64,000 nt of DNA from Steroidobacteraceae bacterium. Lineage in GTDB: Bacteria > Pseudomonadota > Gammaproteobacteria > Steroidobacterales > Steroidobacteraceae. A program made the position numbers and the translations under genes. Where the stretch lies: positions 4,166-68,165 of the forward strand of contig DASTRL010000250.1 of the NCBI GenBank assembly GCA_035761265.1, written 5' to 3'. Below the pieces are notes generated by a model. It was given only the letters and a program-made list of their open reading frames with translations. It was not told the origin of the DNA and ran no database searches. Below, piece after piece: positions 34,313-43,244 of this stretch; positions within the stretch are counted from its first letter, which is position 1, and every line of letters starts with the position of its first letter.

Positions 34313-37090
34313 CTAGTGCGCCTTGTCCCAATCCGGGCCCGTGCCCAGGTCCACCCGCAGCGGCACGCGCAATGCCGCGGCGTTCATCATGTGCTCGCGC
34401 ACCGCGGCGCCGACCTCGGCCACGCGCGCCGCCTCGACCTCGAGCACCAGCTCGTCGTGCACCTGCATGATGAGGCGCGCGCCGCCGCGCTCGGTGCACA
34501 TGCGATCGACGGCGATCATGGCGCGCTTGATGATGTCGGCGGCCGTGCCCTGCATCGGCGCATTGATCGCGGCGCGTTCCGCCGCCTGCTGGAACTGCTT
34601 GTTGCGCGAGTTGATGTCGGGCAGGTAGAGCCGTCGGCCGAACACCGTCTCGACGTAGCCCTGCGACCTGGCCTGCGCGCGCGTTTCCTCCATGTAACGC
34701 TTCACGCCCGGATAGCGCGCAAAGTACAGGTCGATGTACTCCTGTGCCGTGCCGCGCGGGATGCCGAGCTGCTTCGACAGGCCGAACGCGCTCATGCCGT
34801 AGATCAACCCGAAGTTCACGGCCTTGGCGGAGCGGCGCTGGTCCGCCGTGACGGCATCCAGCGGAGTGCCGAACACCTCGGACGCGGTGGCCTGGTGGAT
34901 GTCGCGGTCCGCGGCGAACGCGCCTAACAACCCATCGTCGCCCGACAGGTGCGCCATGATGCGCAGCTCGATCTGCGAGTAGTCCGCGGCCAGCAGCATG
35001 TGCCCCGGCGGCGCGATGAAGGCCTGGCGGATGCGCCGGCCCTCGGGCGTGCGGATCGGGATGTTCTGCAGGTTGGGATCCTGTGAAGAGAGCCGGCCGG
35101 TGGCCGCCACCGCCTGGTGATAGCTGGTGTGCACGCGGCCGGTCCTGGGATTGATCTGCTCCGGCAGCTTGTCGATGTACGTCGACTTGAGCTTCGACAG
35201 GTTGCGGTGCTCGAGGATCAGTTTCGGCAGTGGATAGCTCTCGGCGAGCTCCTCGAGCACGTCCTCGGCCGTGGACGGCTGGCCGGTCGGCGTCTTGCGC
35301 AGCACCGGCAGCTGCATCTTCTCGAACAGCACCGTGCCGAGCTGCTTCGGCGAGTCGAGGTTGAACGGCGCGCCGGCTTCCTTGTGCGCCAGCGCGAGCA
35401 GGTCCATGAGACGCTTCGCGAGCTCATTGCCTTGCGTGCGCAGCATCTGCCGGTCCAGCAGCACGCCGTGCTCCTCCATGCGGGTCAGCACCGGCACCAG
35501 CGGTTGCTCGATCTCCTCGTAGACCCTGGTCAGCGCCGGCACCGTCGTGATCTGCGGCCAGAGCACCTGGTGCAGGCGCAGCGTCACGTCGGCATCCTCG
35601 GCGGAGTATTCCGCGGCCTTGTCCACCGGCACCTGGCTGAAGGGAATCTGCTTGGCGCCCTTGCCGGCGACGTCCTCGTAGTGAATGGTGCGCATGCCGA
35701 GATACTTCTCGGCGGCCGAGTCCATGTCGTGGCGGATGGCGACGCTGTTCCACACGTACGACTCGAGCATCGAGTCGTAGCGCATGCCGCGCAGCGTGAT
35801 GCCGTGGTTGGCCAGCACGTGCGCGTCGTACTTGAGGTGATGGCCGACCTTGGCATGTTGCTCCGACTCGAGCAGTGGCTTGAGCCGCACGAGGCTGGCA
35901 TCGCGATCGAGCTGATCCGGCGCACCCGCGTAGTCGTGTCGCAGGGGCAGGTACGCAGCGCGCCCCGGCGCGATCGCGAACGAAACGCCGACGATTTCCG
36001 CCTTGGTGTACTCGAGGCTGGTGGTTTCGGTGTCCAGCGCAAACAGCTCCGCGCCCTCGAGCAGCTTCAGCCATTCCTCGAACTGCGCCGCGCTGGTGAT
36101 GGTGTCGTAGTGCCGCGGCGCCGCCGCGATGATCTGTGCGCCGTCATTGAGCACGGCGCCGGGCGCGCCCTCGATGGTCGGCTGCCCGCTCGCCGTCGGC
36201 GCGTCGGGCGCGGTGGGTGTGGGCGCGGATGTACCGCCGCCGTCCAGCTGTCGCAGCAGCGTCCGGAGCTCGAGACGCGTGTACAGCGTGCGCAGCGCCT
36301 CGATGTCGGGTGGCCTGCGGCGCAGCTCGTCCATCGACAGGGGCAGTGGGATATCGGTACGAATGGTCGCGAGCTTGCGTGCGAGATCCAGCGTTGCCAG
36401 GCCGGCGCGCAGGTTTTCGCCCACCTTGCCGCCGACATTTGCGGCATCCGCCACCAGCTTGTCGAGCGTGACGTACTGGCCGAGCCACTTGGCCGCGGTC
36501 TTGGGTCCCACCTTGTCGATGCCGGGAATGTTGTCGGAGCTGTCGCCCACGAGCGCCAGGTAGTCGATGATCTGTTCCGGCCAGACGTCGAACTTGCTTT
36601 TCACCCCTTCGCGATCGAGAACCGTGTTGCTCATGGTGTTGATCAGCGTGATCCGGGGCGAGACCAGCTGCGCCATGTCCTTGTCGCCGGTCGAGATCAG
36701 TACGCTCAGGTTCTGTTGCGCAGCCGCGCAGGCCAGTGTGCCGATGACGTCGTCGGCCTCCACGCCCGGCTCGCGCAGGATCGGCAATCCCATCCCCTTG
36801 ACCGCCGCGAACAGCGGCTCGATCTGCGCGCGCAGATCGTCCGGCATCGGTGGGCGATGCGCCTTGTATTCTGCGAACAGCTCGTCCCGAAAAGTCTTGC
36901 CCGAGGCGTCGAAGACCACCGCGATGCGTTCGGGCTCGTAGTCCTTCAGGAACTTGTTGAGCATGTTGAGCACGCCGAACACCGCACCGGTGGGCTCGCC
37001 GCGCGAGTTCGTGAACGGCGGGAGCGCATGAAAGGCGCGATACAGGTACGACGATCCGTCGACCAGCACCAGGTCGGGGCGTGGACTCAT
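34313..37090 (-). CDS. polA: DNA polymerase I
   Basis: 925 aa with 5'-3' exonuclease, 3'-5' exonuclease and polymerase domains (motif A DYSQIELR, motif B RRSAKAVNFGLIYG, motif C QVHDEL). Confidence 0.98.
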   Translation of the reverse strand: MSPRPDLVLVDGSSYLYRAFHALPPFTNSRGEPTGAVFGVLNMLNKFLKDYEPERIAVVFDASGKTFRDELFAEYKAHRPPMPDDLRAQIEPLFAAVKGMGLPILREPGVEADDVIGTLACAAAQQNLSVLISTGDKDMAQLVSPRITLINTMSNTVLDREGVKSKFDVWPEQIIDYLALVGDSSDNIPGIDKVGPKTAAKWLGQYVTLDKLVADAANVGGKVGENLRAGLATLDLARKLATIRTDIPLPLSMDELRRRPPDIEALRTLYTRLELRTLLRQLDGGGTSAPTPTAPDAPTASGQPTIEGAPGAVLNDGAQIIAAAPRHYDTITSAAQFEEWLKLLEGAELFALDTETTSLEYTKAEIVGVSFAIAPGRAAYLPLRHDYAGAPDQLDRDASLVRLKPLLESEQHAKVGHHLKYDAHVLANHGITLRGMRYDSMLESYVWNSVAIRHDMDSAAEKYLGMRTIHYEDVAGKGAKQIPFSQVPVDKAAEYSAEDADVTLRLHQVLWPQITTVPALTRVYEEIEQPLVPVLTRMEEHGVLLDRQMLRTQGNELAKRLMDLLALAHKEAGAPFNLDSPKQLGTVLFEKMQLPVLRKTPTGQPSTAEDVLEELAESYPLPKLILEHRNLSKLKSTYIDKLPEQINPRTGRVHTSYHQAVAATGRLSSQDPNLQNIPIRTPEGRRIRQAFIAPPGHMLLAADYSQIELRIMAHLSGDDGLLGAFAADRDIHQATASEVFGTPLDAVTADQRRSAKAVNFGLIYGMSAFGLSKQLGIPRGTAQEYIDLYFARYPGVKRYMEETRAQARSQGYVETVFGRRLYLPDINSRNKQFQQAAERAAINAPMQGTAADIIKRAMIAVDRMCTERGGARLIMQVHDELVLEVEAARVAEVGAAVREHMMNAAALRVPLRVDLGTGPDWDKAH

Positions 37091-37353
37091 GGCTTCGGCG
37101 GGTTGCGCTTGTCTTTGTCGTTCGTCCCGGGTGCGACGACTTCGGGGGCGGGCGAGGCCGGGCCTTCCGGCGCATCGACGGTCCGTGGCGAATTCGGCGC
37201 ATCACCCGGCTGCGGCGCCGGCGGCGTCTGCGTCGGGCGCGTGACGATTTCGCGGGCTTCGCCCGGTAGATAGAGCGCGCCTTTCTGCCCGCAACCGGCG
37301 AGCGCCAGCGCGACGAGCAGCGCCAGCGTGACACTTGCGGCCGGCCGGTTCAC
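37087..37353 (-). CDS. lptM: LPS-assembly lipoprotein LptM (YifL family)
   Basis: 88 aa from GTG 37353: MNRPAASVTLALLVALALAGCGQKGALYLPGE, with a lipobox plus the GCGxKGxLYLP signature, then a Pro-rich tail. Only the last 88 codons of track ORF 37087-38811 are used. GTGA overlap with the thioesterase stop and ATGA overlap with the polA start. Confidence 0.8.
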   Translation of the reverse strand: MNRPAASVTLALLVALALAGCGQKGALYLPGEAREIVTRPTQTPPAPQPGDAPNSPRTVDAPEGPASPAPEVVAPGTNDKDKRNPPKP

Positions 37354-37814
37354 TTCCACGAGGTCTTGTCCTCCGCGCTCGTACGCCATTCCACCACGGC
37401 CACGGTCAGACGCGATATGCACACCAGTCGTTCCCGCGAATCGCGGATTTCGATGCTCCAGACCTGGCTGCGGGCGCCGAGATGAAAGGGACGCGCCGTG
37501 CCGGTGACCACACCCTCCGACACGGGGCGCAGATGGTTGGCGTTGATTTCCTGCCCGAGGCAGCGCTGGCGCGAGTGATCGACCACGTAGTTCGCGGCCA
37601 CGCTGCCCAGGGTTTCGGCCAGCACCAGCGAGGCGCCGCCGTGCAGGTAGCCCATGGGCTGCTGCGTGTGCGCGGCCACGGGCATGGTGCCGCGCAGGTA
37701 GTCGGGACCGAACTCGGTGAACTCGATGCCGAGGTACGGCGCGAGCAGGCCCGCCTGGCTGGCGCGCGCATCTTCGATGGACGGATTGTCGGCGAACCAG
37801 ATGGCCATCTTCAC
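37350..37814 (-). CDS. PaaI/YigI-type hotdog-fold thioesterase
   Basis: 154 aa with the block GYLHGGASLVLAETLGS characteristic of PaaI-family thioesterases. Confidence 0.88.
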   Translation of the reverse strand: MKMAIWFADNPSIEDARASQAGLLAPYLGIEFTEFGPDYLRGTMPVAAHTQQPMGYLHGGASLVLAETLGSVAANYVVDHSRQRCLGQEINANHLRPVSEGVVTGTARPFHLGARSQVWSIEIRDSRERLVCISRLTVAVVEWRTSAEDKTSWK

Positions 37815-37847
37815 CCCTGAATAGCTGGCGCGTGGCGCCTCGCCCCG

Positions 37848-39032
37848 CTACTTGCGATATTTTTCCCCGACGCGCCGGTATGCCTCGCGGAACGGGATGC
37901 CTTCGCGCACCACCAGCGCATTGGCCTCCTCGGCGGCGTGGATCGAGGGGTCGAGTCTGATCCCCGCGGCGCGGAAACGCACGCCGGCGAGAGCCACGGC
38001 CATGATCCCGGCAGTCGCGAGCGCCAGGTCGATGCCGCGGAACAGCGGCGGCTTGATGAGCTGCAGGTCGCGCTGGTATCCGGACGGCAGCTTCGCGAAG
38101 ATCCCGAGCACTTCCGCGAGGCATGCATGCGCGACCGCGCTGCGTCCGCGCACCAGCTCGAACACGTCCGGGTTGCGCTTCTGCGGCATGATCGAAGAGC
38201 CGGTGGTGAATGAATCCGGCAGCGAGATGAAGGCAAACTCCTGCGTATAGAAAAGGAGCAGGTCCGACGCCAGGCGTCCCAGGTCCTGCACGAGCAGCGT
38301 GCATTCGAACAGCAGCTGCGCCTCGGCCTTGCCGCGCGACAGCTGCACGGCGGTCACCGGTGCATGCACCGCGGCGAATTCCAGCCGCGTGCGCGTCAGT
38401 TCCCGGTCCAGCGGCAGGCCCGGCGTGCCGTAACCGGCGGCGGAGCCGAGTGGATTCTTCGAGGCGCGGCGCGCACAGGCTCGCAGCCCCTCGGCATCGT
38501 CGCGCAGTTCGGCCGCGAAGCCGCCGGCCCAAAGCCCGACGGAGCTCGGCATGGCCTGCTGCATGTGAGTGTAGCCGGGCAGCGCCACCGCGCCCTGCTC
38601 CCGGGCGAGCGCATCCAGTGCCGTGGCGCAGCCTTCGGCGGCGCCCGCCAGGTCCGCGCCGGCGTCCAGTAGATAGAGACGCAGCGCGGTCAGCACCTGG
38701 TCGTTGCGCGAACGGCCGAGGTGCACGCGGCCGCCGGCGGCACCGATGCGCTCCGTGAGCCGCTTCTCGAGCGCAGTCTGCCCGTCCTCGTCCGCCAGTT
38801 CGATCTTCCATCGGCCCGCGGCATGCTCGCCGGCAATTGCCGTGAGCCCGTCGCGGATCGCCGCGAGATCGGCGTCGGAAAGCAGCCTGGCGGCGTTCAG
38901 CATTTCGGCGTGCGCGATCGAGGCGCGCGCGTCGTACTTCACCAGCCGTTCGTCGAGCGCGTAGTCCTCGCCCGCCGTGAAAGCGAGTACGCGTTCATCG
39001 AGCGGTGCGCCTTTGTCCCAGAGCCGCGACAT
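37848..39032 (-). CDS. argH: argininosuccinate lyase (short form, 394 aa)
   Basis: It has the fumarate-lyase superfamily signature GSSIMPQKRNPD and an N-terminal KLW.KG...D..V..FT.G.D block as in Bacteroidetes/Xanthomonas-type ArgH. It is shorter than the ~460-aa canonical enzymes. Confidence 0.9.
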   Translation of the reverse strand: MSRLWDKGAPLDERVLAFTAGEDYALDERLVKYDARASIAHAEMLNAARLLSDADLAAIRDGLTAIAGEHAAGRWKIELADEDGQTALEKRLTERIGAAGGRVHLGRSRNDQVLTALRLYLLDAGADLAGAAEGCATALDALAREQGAVALPGYTHMQQAMPSSVGLWAGGFAAELRDDAEGLRACARRASKNPLGSAAGYGTPGLPLDRELTRTRLEFAAVHAPVTAVQLSRGKAEAQLLFECTLLVQDLGRLASDLLLFYTQEFAFISLPDSFTTGSSIMPQKRNPDVFELVRGRSAVAHACLAEVLGIFAKLPSGYQRDLQLIKPPLFRGIDLALATAGIMAVALAGVRFRAAGIRLDPSIHAAEEANALVVREGIPFREAYRRVGEKYRK

Positions 39033-39037
39033 CGCCT

Positions 39038-39967
39038 CTATTTACCGCTCTGCTGTTCGGCGGGGGAGAGTGCGTTCACGTCGGCCACGATCAGCGTGCC
39101 GGCACCCTCGTTGGTGAACACCTCGGCAAGGATGCCCTCGGGCGACTTGTACGACATCACGTGCACGCGACGCACGCCACCACGGATCGCATCCTCGATG
39201 GCCTTGGCCTTGGGCAGCATGCCGTCGACGATCTTCTTCTCCTCGCGCAGCCGCCTGAGGCCATTGAGGTCGGTGTAGGAAATGATGGAGCTCGGGTCGT
39301 CGATGCGCTCGAGAATGCCCGGTGCGCCGGTGCACAGCATGAGCTTCTCGGCCGACAAGGCCGCGCCGATCGCGGCCGCCACGGTGTCGCCGTTGATGTT
39401 GAGCAGGGTGCCGGTATCGTCGGCGGACAGCGGGCTCACCACCGGCATCAGGCCGTTGTCGAGCAGCTTCTGCAGGACCATGATGTCCACGCCGTCGATG
39501 TCGCCGACGAAACCATAGTCCACGGTTTCGCCGTCGACCTTCACCGGTGGGCGCTTGTGCGCGCGGATCAGGCCGGCGTCGACGCCCGAGATGCCCACCG
39601 CGTCGATGTTCATCTCGCGGCACAGGGCCAGCAATTTCGTGTTGATGAGGCCGTTGAGCACCATCGAGGTGGCGTCGATCGCCTTCTGGTCGGTGACGCG
39701 TCGCCCCTGGACCATGCGCGTCGGCACGCCGAGCGCCTCGGTGACCTCCGTGAGCTGCGGACCACCGCCGTGCACGAATACGACGCGCACGCCGAAGTAA
39801 TGCAGGATCGCGATCTGCTCGATGAGCCCGCGCACCGCCGCGGCGTCGGCGAATACGCCGCCGCCCGCCTTCACCACGAAGGTCTTGCCCTTGTACATGC
39901 GGATGTAGGGCGCCGCGGAACGCAGGCTGCGGATGGCGGCGGTGGGATCGGGGCGATGCATGATCAT
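39038..39967 (-). CDS. argB: acetylglutamate (N-acylglutamate) kinase
   Basis: 309 aa with an amino-acid kinase fold (VVKAGGG, VFVHGGGPQ, LNINGD). Confidence 0.93.
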   Translation of the reverse strand: MIMHRPDPTAAIRSLRSAAPYIRMYKGKTFVVKAGGGVFADAAAVRGLIEQIAILHYFGVRVVFVHGGGPQLTEVTEALGVPTRMVQGRRVTDQKAIDATSMVLNGLINTKLLALCREMNIDAVGISGVDAGLIRAHKRPPVKVDGETVDYGFVGDIDGVDIMVLQKLLDNGLMPVVSPLSADDTGTLLNINGDTVAAAIGAALSAEKLMLCTGAPGILERIDDPSSIISYTDLNGLRRLREEKKIVDGMLPKAKAIEDAIRGGVRRVHVMSYKSPEGILAEVFTNEGAGTLIVADVNALSPAEQQSGK

Positions 39968-39991
39968 TGCGTGACGTTCCGGAGTTGTGGA

Positions 39992-40999
39992 TCAGTGTTG
40001 CGGTGAGGAGAGCAGGCGATGCAGTACCGCGGTCTGCACCACCATGCGGTTGTAGGCTTCGCGCTGCACGACGCTGCGGCGGCCGTCGAGCACCTCGTCG
40101 GCGACCGCGACATTACGCCGCACCGGCAGGCAGTGCATGAGTTTGCAGTCGACCGCGGCGCGCGAGAACCAGGTGTCGCGCACGCACCAGTCGGCGAGTT
40201 GCGCGCGCGCGCGGGCGTCCGCGTCCGCATTGCCGTAGTGCGTGGTCGAGCCCCATTCCTTGGCGTAGATGACGTGCGCACCGTTCATGGCATCCTCGCG
40301 ATCCGAGGTCTCGCGCAGTGATCCACCCGAGGCGGTCGCGGCCGCAGCAGCCTTCTGCATGATGGCCGGCGGCAGCGCGAAGCCCTCGGGCCGCAACACC
40401 ACCACCTCCATGCCGCGCATCGCGGCCATGTGCACGGTGGCGGCGGGCACGGCGAGCGGCAGCGCGCGCGGATGATTCACCCACGACAGCACGAAGCGCG
40501 CTTTGCGCGGCACCGCGAGATCGTCGAGCGTCTTCCAGTCGGCCAGCGCCTGACAGGGATGATTGGCGGCCGACTCCATGTTGATGACGGGTTTGCTGAC
40601 GAGACCCACCATCTCCTTGAAGGAGGTCTCATTGAGATCGGAGTCGAGATCGATGCCGCCGGCGAACGCGCGAATGCCCAAAGCATCGCAATAGTGGGAC
40701 AGTACCGGGACTCCCTCGCGCACATGTTCCGCTGGCGCTCCATTCATGACGGCTCCGCGTCTGGTCTCGAGCTGCCAGGTGCCATTGCCGGCAGAGACCA
40801 CGAAGGAGTTTCCGCCGAGCCGCGCCATGGCCGCCTGGAACGAGGCGAGCGTGCGCAGCGAGGGATTGAAGAAGAGCAATCCCAGGATTTTCCCCGCCAG
40901 TGCCTGCGGCTCCGGATGAGTCTGCAGGCGTTCGGCGAGCTGCAGCAGCTCGACCACCTGCTCGCGCGAAAGGTCCGCCAGATCGAGGAAGTTCTTCAT
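39992..40999 (-). CDS. argF: N-acyl-L-ornithine carbamoyltransferase (ArgF', AOTCase/SOTCase branch)
   Basis: FFNPSLRT carbamoyl-phosphate motif, WQLETRRGAVMNGAPAEH block and HCLPVRRN. Closest by eye to the Bacteroides N-succinylornithine enzyme pattern. 4-nt overlap with argD. Confidence 0.88.
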   Translation of the reverse strand: MKNFLDLADLSREQVVELLQLAERLQTHPEPQALAGKILGLLFFNPSLRTLASFQAAMARLGGNSFVVSAGNGTWQLETRRGAVMNGAPAEHVREGVPVLSHYCDALGIRAFAGGIDLDSDLNETSFKEMVGLVSKPVINMESAANHPCQALADWKTLDDLAVPRKARFVLSWVNHPRALPLAVPAATVHMAAMRGMEVVVLRPEGFALPPAIMQKAAAAATASGGSLRETSDREDAMNGAHVIYAKEWGSTTHYGNADADARARAQLADWCVRDTWFSRAAVDCKLMHCLPVRRNVAVADEVLDGRRSVVQREAYNRMVVQTAVLHRLLSSPQH

Positions 41000-42168
41000 G
41001 CAATGTCCGCCAGCGCATCGCGCAGCCGGTCGATGTGTTCTTCCTTGAGGATGAAGGCTGGCAACAGGCGCAGGATGGCTGGATCGGCCGCCGTGCCGGT
41101 CAGGATGTCCCTGGCCAGCAGCGCCTTCTGCACATCCTTGGCGGGCCTGCCGAGGCGCAGGCCGTGCAGGAATCCCAGGCCCTGGAAGTCGACCACCGGG
41201 CCGACCTTGCAGGTCCTGCGCAGGTAGTCCGATACGCGCGCCACGTTCTCGAGCAGGCCCTCCTGCTCGATGGCATCGATGGTGGCCTCGGCCACGGCAC
41301 AGGCCATGGGTCCGCCGCCGAACGTGGTGCCGAGGTTCTCCGGCCTGAGCGACGCCGTGATCGGCGGCGTGAGCAGCAGCGCCGAGACCGGGAAGCCGTT
41401 GCCGAGCGCCTTGGCCGTGGTGATCATGTCCGGCGTCACGCCGTAGTAGTTAGCCGCGAACGGCGTGCCGGAGCGGCCCACGCCGCACTGGACTTCGTCG
41501 AAGATCAGCAGGGCGCCCGTCTCATCGCAGCGCCTGCGCAGCGCAGCCAGGAACTCCTGGCCCATGTCGAACGCGCCACCCACGCCTTGCACCGGCTCGA
41601 CGATGACGGCGGCGGTGTTCCCGGTGACGTGATTGGCGATGTCCGCCACGTCGCGGCGCCGGATCCAGCTCACGTCGAATGGCGCGCGCGGCAGGAAGAA
41701 CCACTTCTGCGGTGCGCCCCAGGTGGCGGAGGCGCAGGCAGCGGTGCGCCCGTGGAAGCTCTGCTCCACCGCCGCCACGTGAGTGCGACCGGGACGCATC
41801 TTGAACGCCAGCTTGAACGCGTTCTCGTTGGCTTCGGCGCCGGAGTTGATCCAGAACACGCTGTCGAAGGGCAGCTTCGAGAATTTCAGCAGTTTTCGCG
41901 CCGCGCGCGCGCGGACTTCCATGGGGACCGCGTTGGTCTGGAAGTTCATCTTCGCGGCCTGGTCGGCCAGCGCCTTCGTCCAGCCCTTGTGGCCGTAGCC
42001 CAGCGACGCCACGGCGTGACCGCCGTAGAGGTCCAGCACCTTGCGGCCATCGCGCGTGTGCAGCCACACACCCTCGGCGGCCACCACTTCGATCGGGTAT
42101 TGCGCGTACACCGGCGCCAGGCCGTCGACGGGCGAGGCGGGCGCTTTCAATTCTGCGTTCATGGTCAC
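40996..42168 (-). CDS. argD: acetyl/succinyl-ornithine aminotransferase (class III PLP aminotransferase)
   Basis: 390 aa with class III aminotransferase blocks (FWINSGAEANE, IFDEVQCGVGRSG, TTAKALGNGFP with the PLP Lys). Confidence 0.92.
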   Translation of the reverse strand: MTMNAELKAPASPVDGLAPVYAQYPIEVVAAEGVWLHTRDGRKVLDLYGGHAVASLGYGHKGWTKALADQAAKMNFQTNAVPMEVRARAARKLLKFSKLPFDSVFWINSGAEANENAFKLAFKMRPGRTHVAAVEQSFHGRTAACASATWGAPQKWFFLPRAPFDVSWIRRRDVADIANHVTGNTAAVIVEPVQGVGGAFDMGQEFLAALRRRCDETGALLIFDEVQCGVGRSGTPFAANYYGVTPDMITTAKALGNGFPVSALLLTPPITASLRPENLGTTFGGGPMACAVAEATIDAIEQEGLLENVARVSDYLRRTCKVGPVVDFQGLGFLHGLRLGRPAKDVQKALLARDILTGTAADPAILRLLPAFILKEEHIDRLRDALADIA

Positions 42169-42172
42169 GGTC

Positions 42173-43234
42173 TCACGTCCAACCGGCGGCGGGAGCCAGC
42201 AGGCCCGTGGTTTCCGGCAGATCGAACAGCCGGTTCATCCACTGCACGGCGCCGCCGGCCGCACCTTTGTTGAGGTTGTCGACCACGCTCATCACCGCGA
42301 TGGTCCTGCCGTTGGCCGTGGCCGACAGGTGCGCGTAGTTGCTGGCCACGATGTCTTTCACCCGCGGCGCGCCGTCGAGCACGCGCACGAAGGGCGCGCC
42401 GGCGTAGTACTCGCGCAGCAGACTCACGGCGGCCGCGGCGTCGCGCGGGCTCTTGAGCCGCGCCTGTACCGTCGCGTGAATGCCGCGCGCGAAAGGTCCG
42501 GAGTGCGGCACGAAAGCGAACTCGGCCTCGATCCCGGTGGTCGCCTTCGCGAGCGCCGTGATCTCCGGCGTATGCCGATGTCCCAGTGCGCCATAGGAAT
42601 ACAGGTCACTGTGGCGCGTGGGATGGTGCGTACCTTCCACCGGCTTGCGTCCCGAACCCGTGCTGCCGGTGACGCCACTGACGAACAAGTTGGGTTCGAC
42701 CCAGCCCGAGGCGAGCAACGGCACGCTCGCCAGGAGAATGGCGGTCGAGAAACATCCCGGATGACCCACGTGCGGCGTGCTCACTTTCTTAAGGTGCTCC
42801 GGCACGGCGCAGGTGAACTGCGCGAGTCGCGCCGGGGCGCCGTGCGGATGCTTGTAGACGGCCTCGTAAGCCGCCGCGGTGGCGAAGCGGAAATCGGCCG
42901 AGATGTCCACGAAACGCGGCCGGGTGCCAGCGCTCTCCGCGCCCTTGAGCAGCGAGTCGATCAGCGCGGCGGCTGCGCCGTGCGGGGCGGCGCAGAACAC
43001 CGCACTGGTCGGCTCGCTGGCGATCAGCGCCGCGACGTCCGCCTGCGATTTGAAGGCGATGTTGCCCAGCACCGCGGCGAGGTGCGGAAAGGATTTGCCC
43101 ACGAGCTCGCCGGGCGCGCTGTCCGACATGACGCCGGCGAGCGCGAAATTCGGGTGTCCGGTGAGCAGCCGCAGCAACTCGCCGGACACGTAGCCGGTGC
43201 CGCCCAGCACGATGGCGGGAATCTGTTTGCTCAT
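42173..43234 (-). CDS. argC: N-acyl-gamma-glutamyl-phosphate reductase
   Basis: 353 aa from ATG 43234. N-terminal LGGTGYVSGELLRLL NAD motif and active-site Cys in GHPGCFST. Confidence 0.92.
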   Translation of the reverse strand: MSKQIPAIVLGGTGYVSGELLRLLTGHPNFALAGVMSDSAPGELVGKSFPHLAAVLGNIAFKSQADVAALIASEPTSAVFCAAPHGAAAALIDSLLKGAESAGTRPRFVDISADFRFATAAAYEAVYKHPHGAPARLAQFTCAVPEHLKKVSTPHVGHPGCFSTAILLASVPLLASGWVEPNLFVSGVTGSTGSGRKPVEGTHHPTRHSDLYSYGALGHRHTPEITALAKATTGIEAEFAFVPHSGPFARGIHATVQARLKSPRDAAAAVSLLREYYAGAPFVRVLDGAPRVKDIVASNYAHLSATANGRTIAVMSVVDNLNKGAAGGAVQWMNRLFDLPETTGLLAPAAGWT

Positions 43235-43244
43235 GTGCTTCGCG

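Noticed and set aside
35117-37273. 718-aa plus-strand ORF
   Set aside because: It is entirely antisense to polA and lptM. Its composition is dominated by Arg/Leu/Gly/His with no domain signature.
37354-38811. Upstream 486 codons of track ORF 37087-38811
   Set aside because: It is an alternative frame across the thioesterase and argH genes. Only the last 88 codons (lptM) have lipoprotein features and a coupled start.
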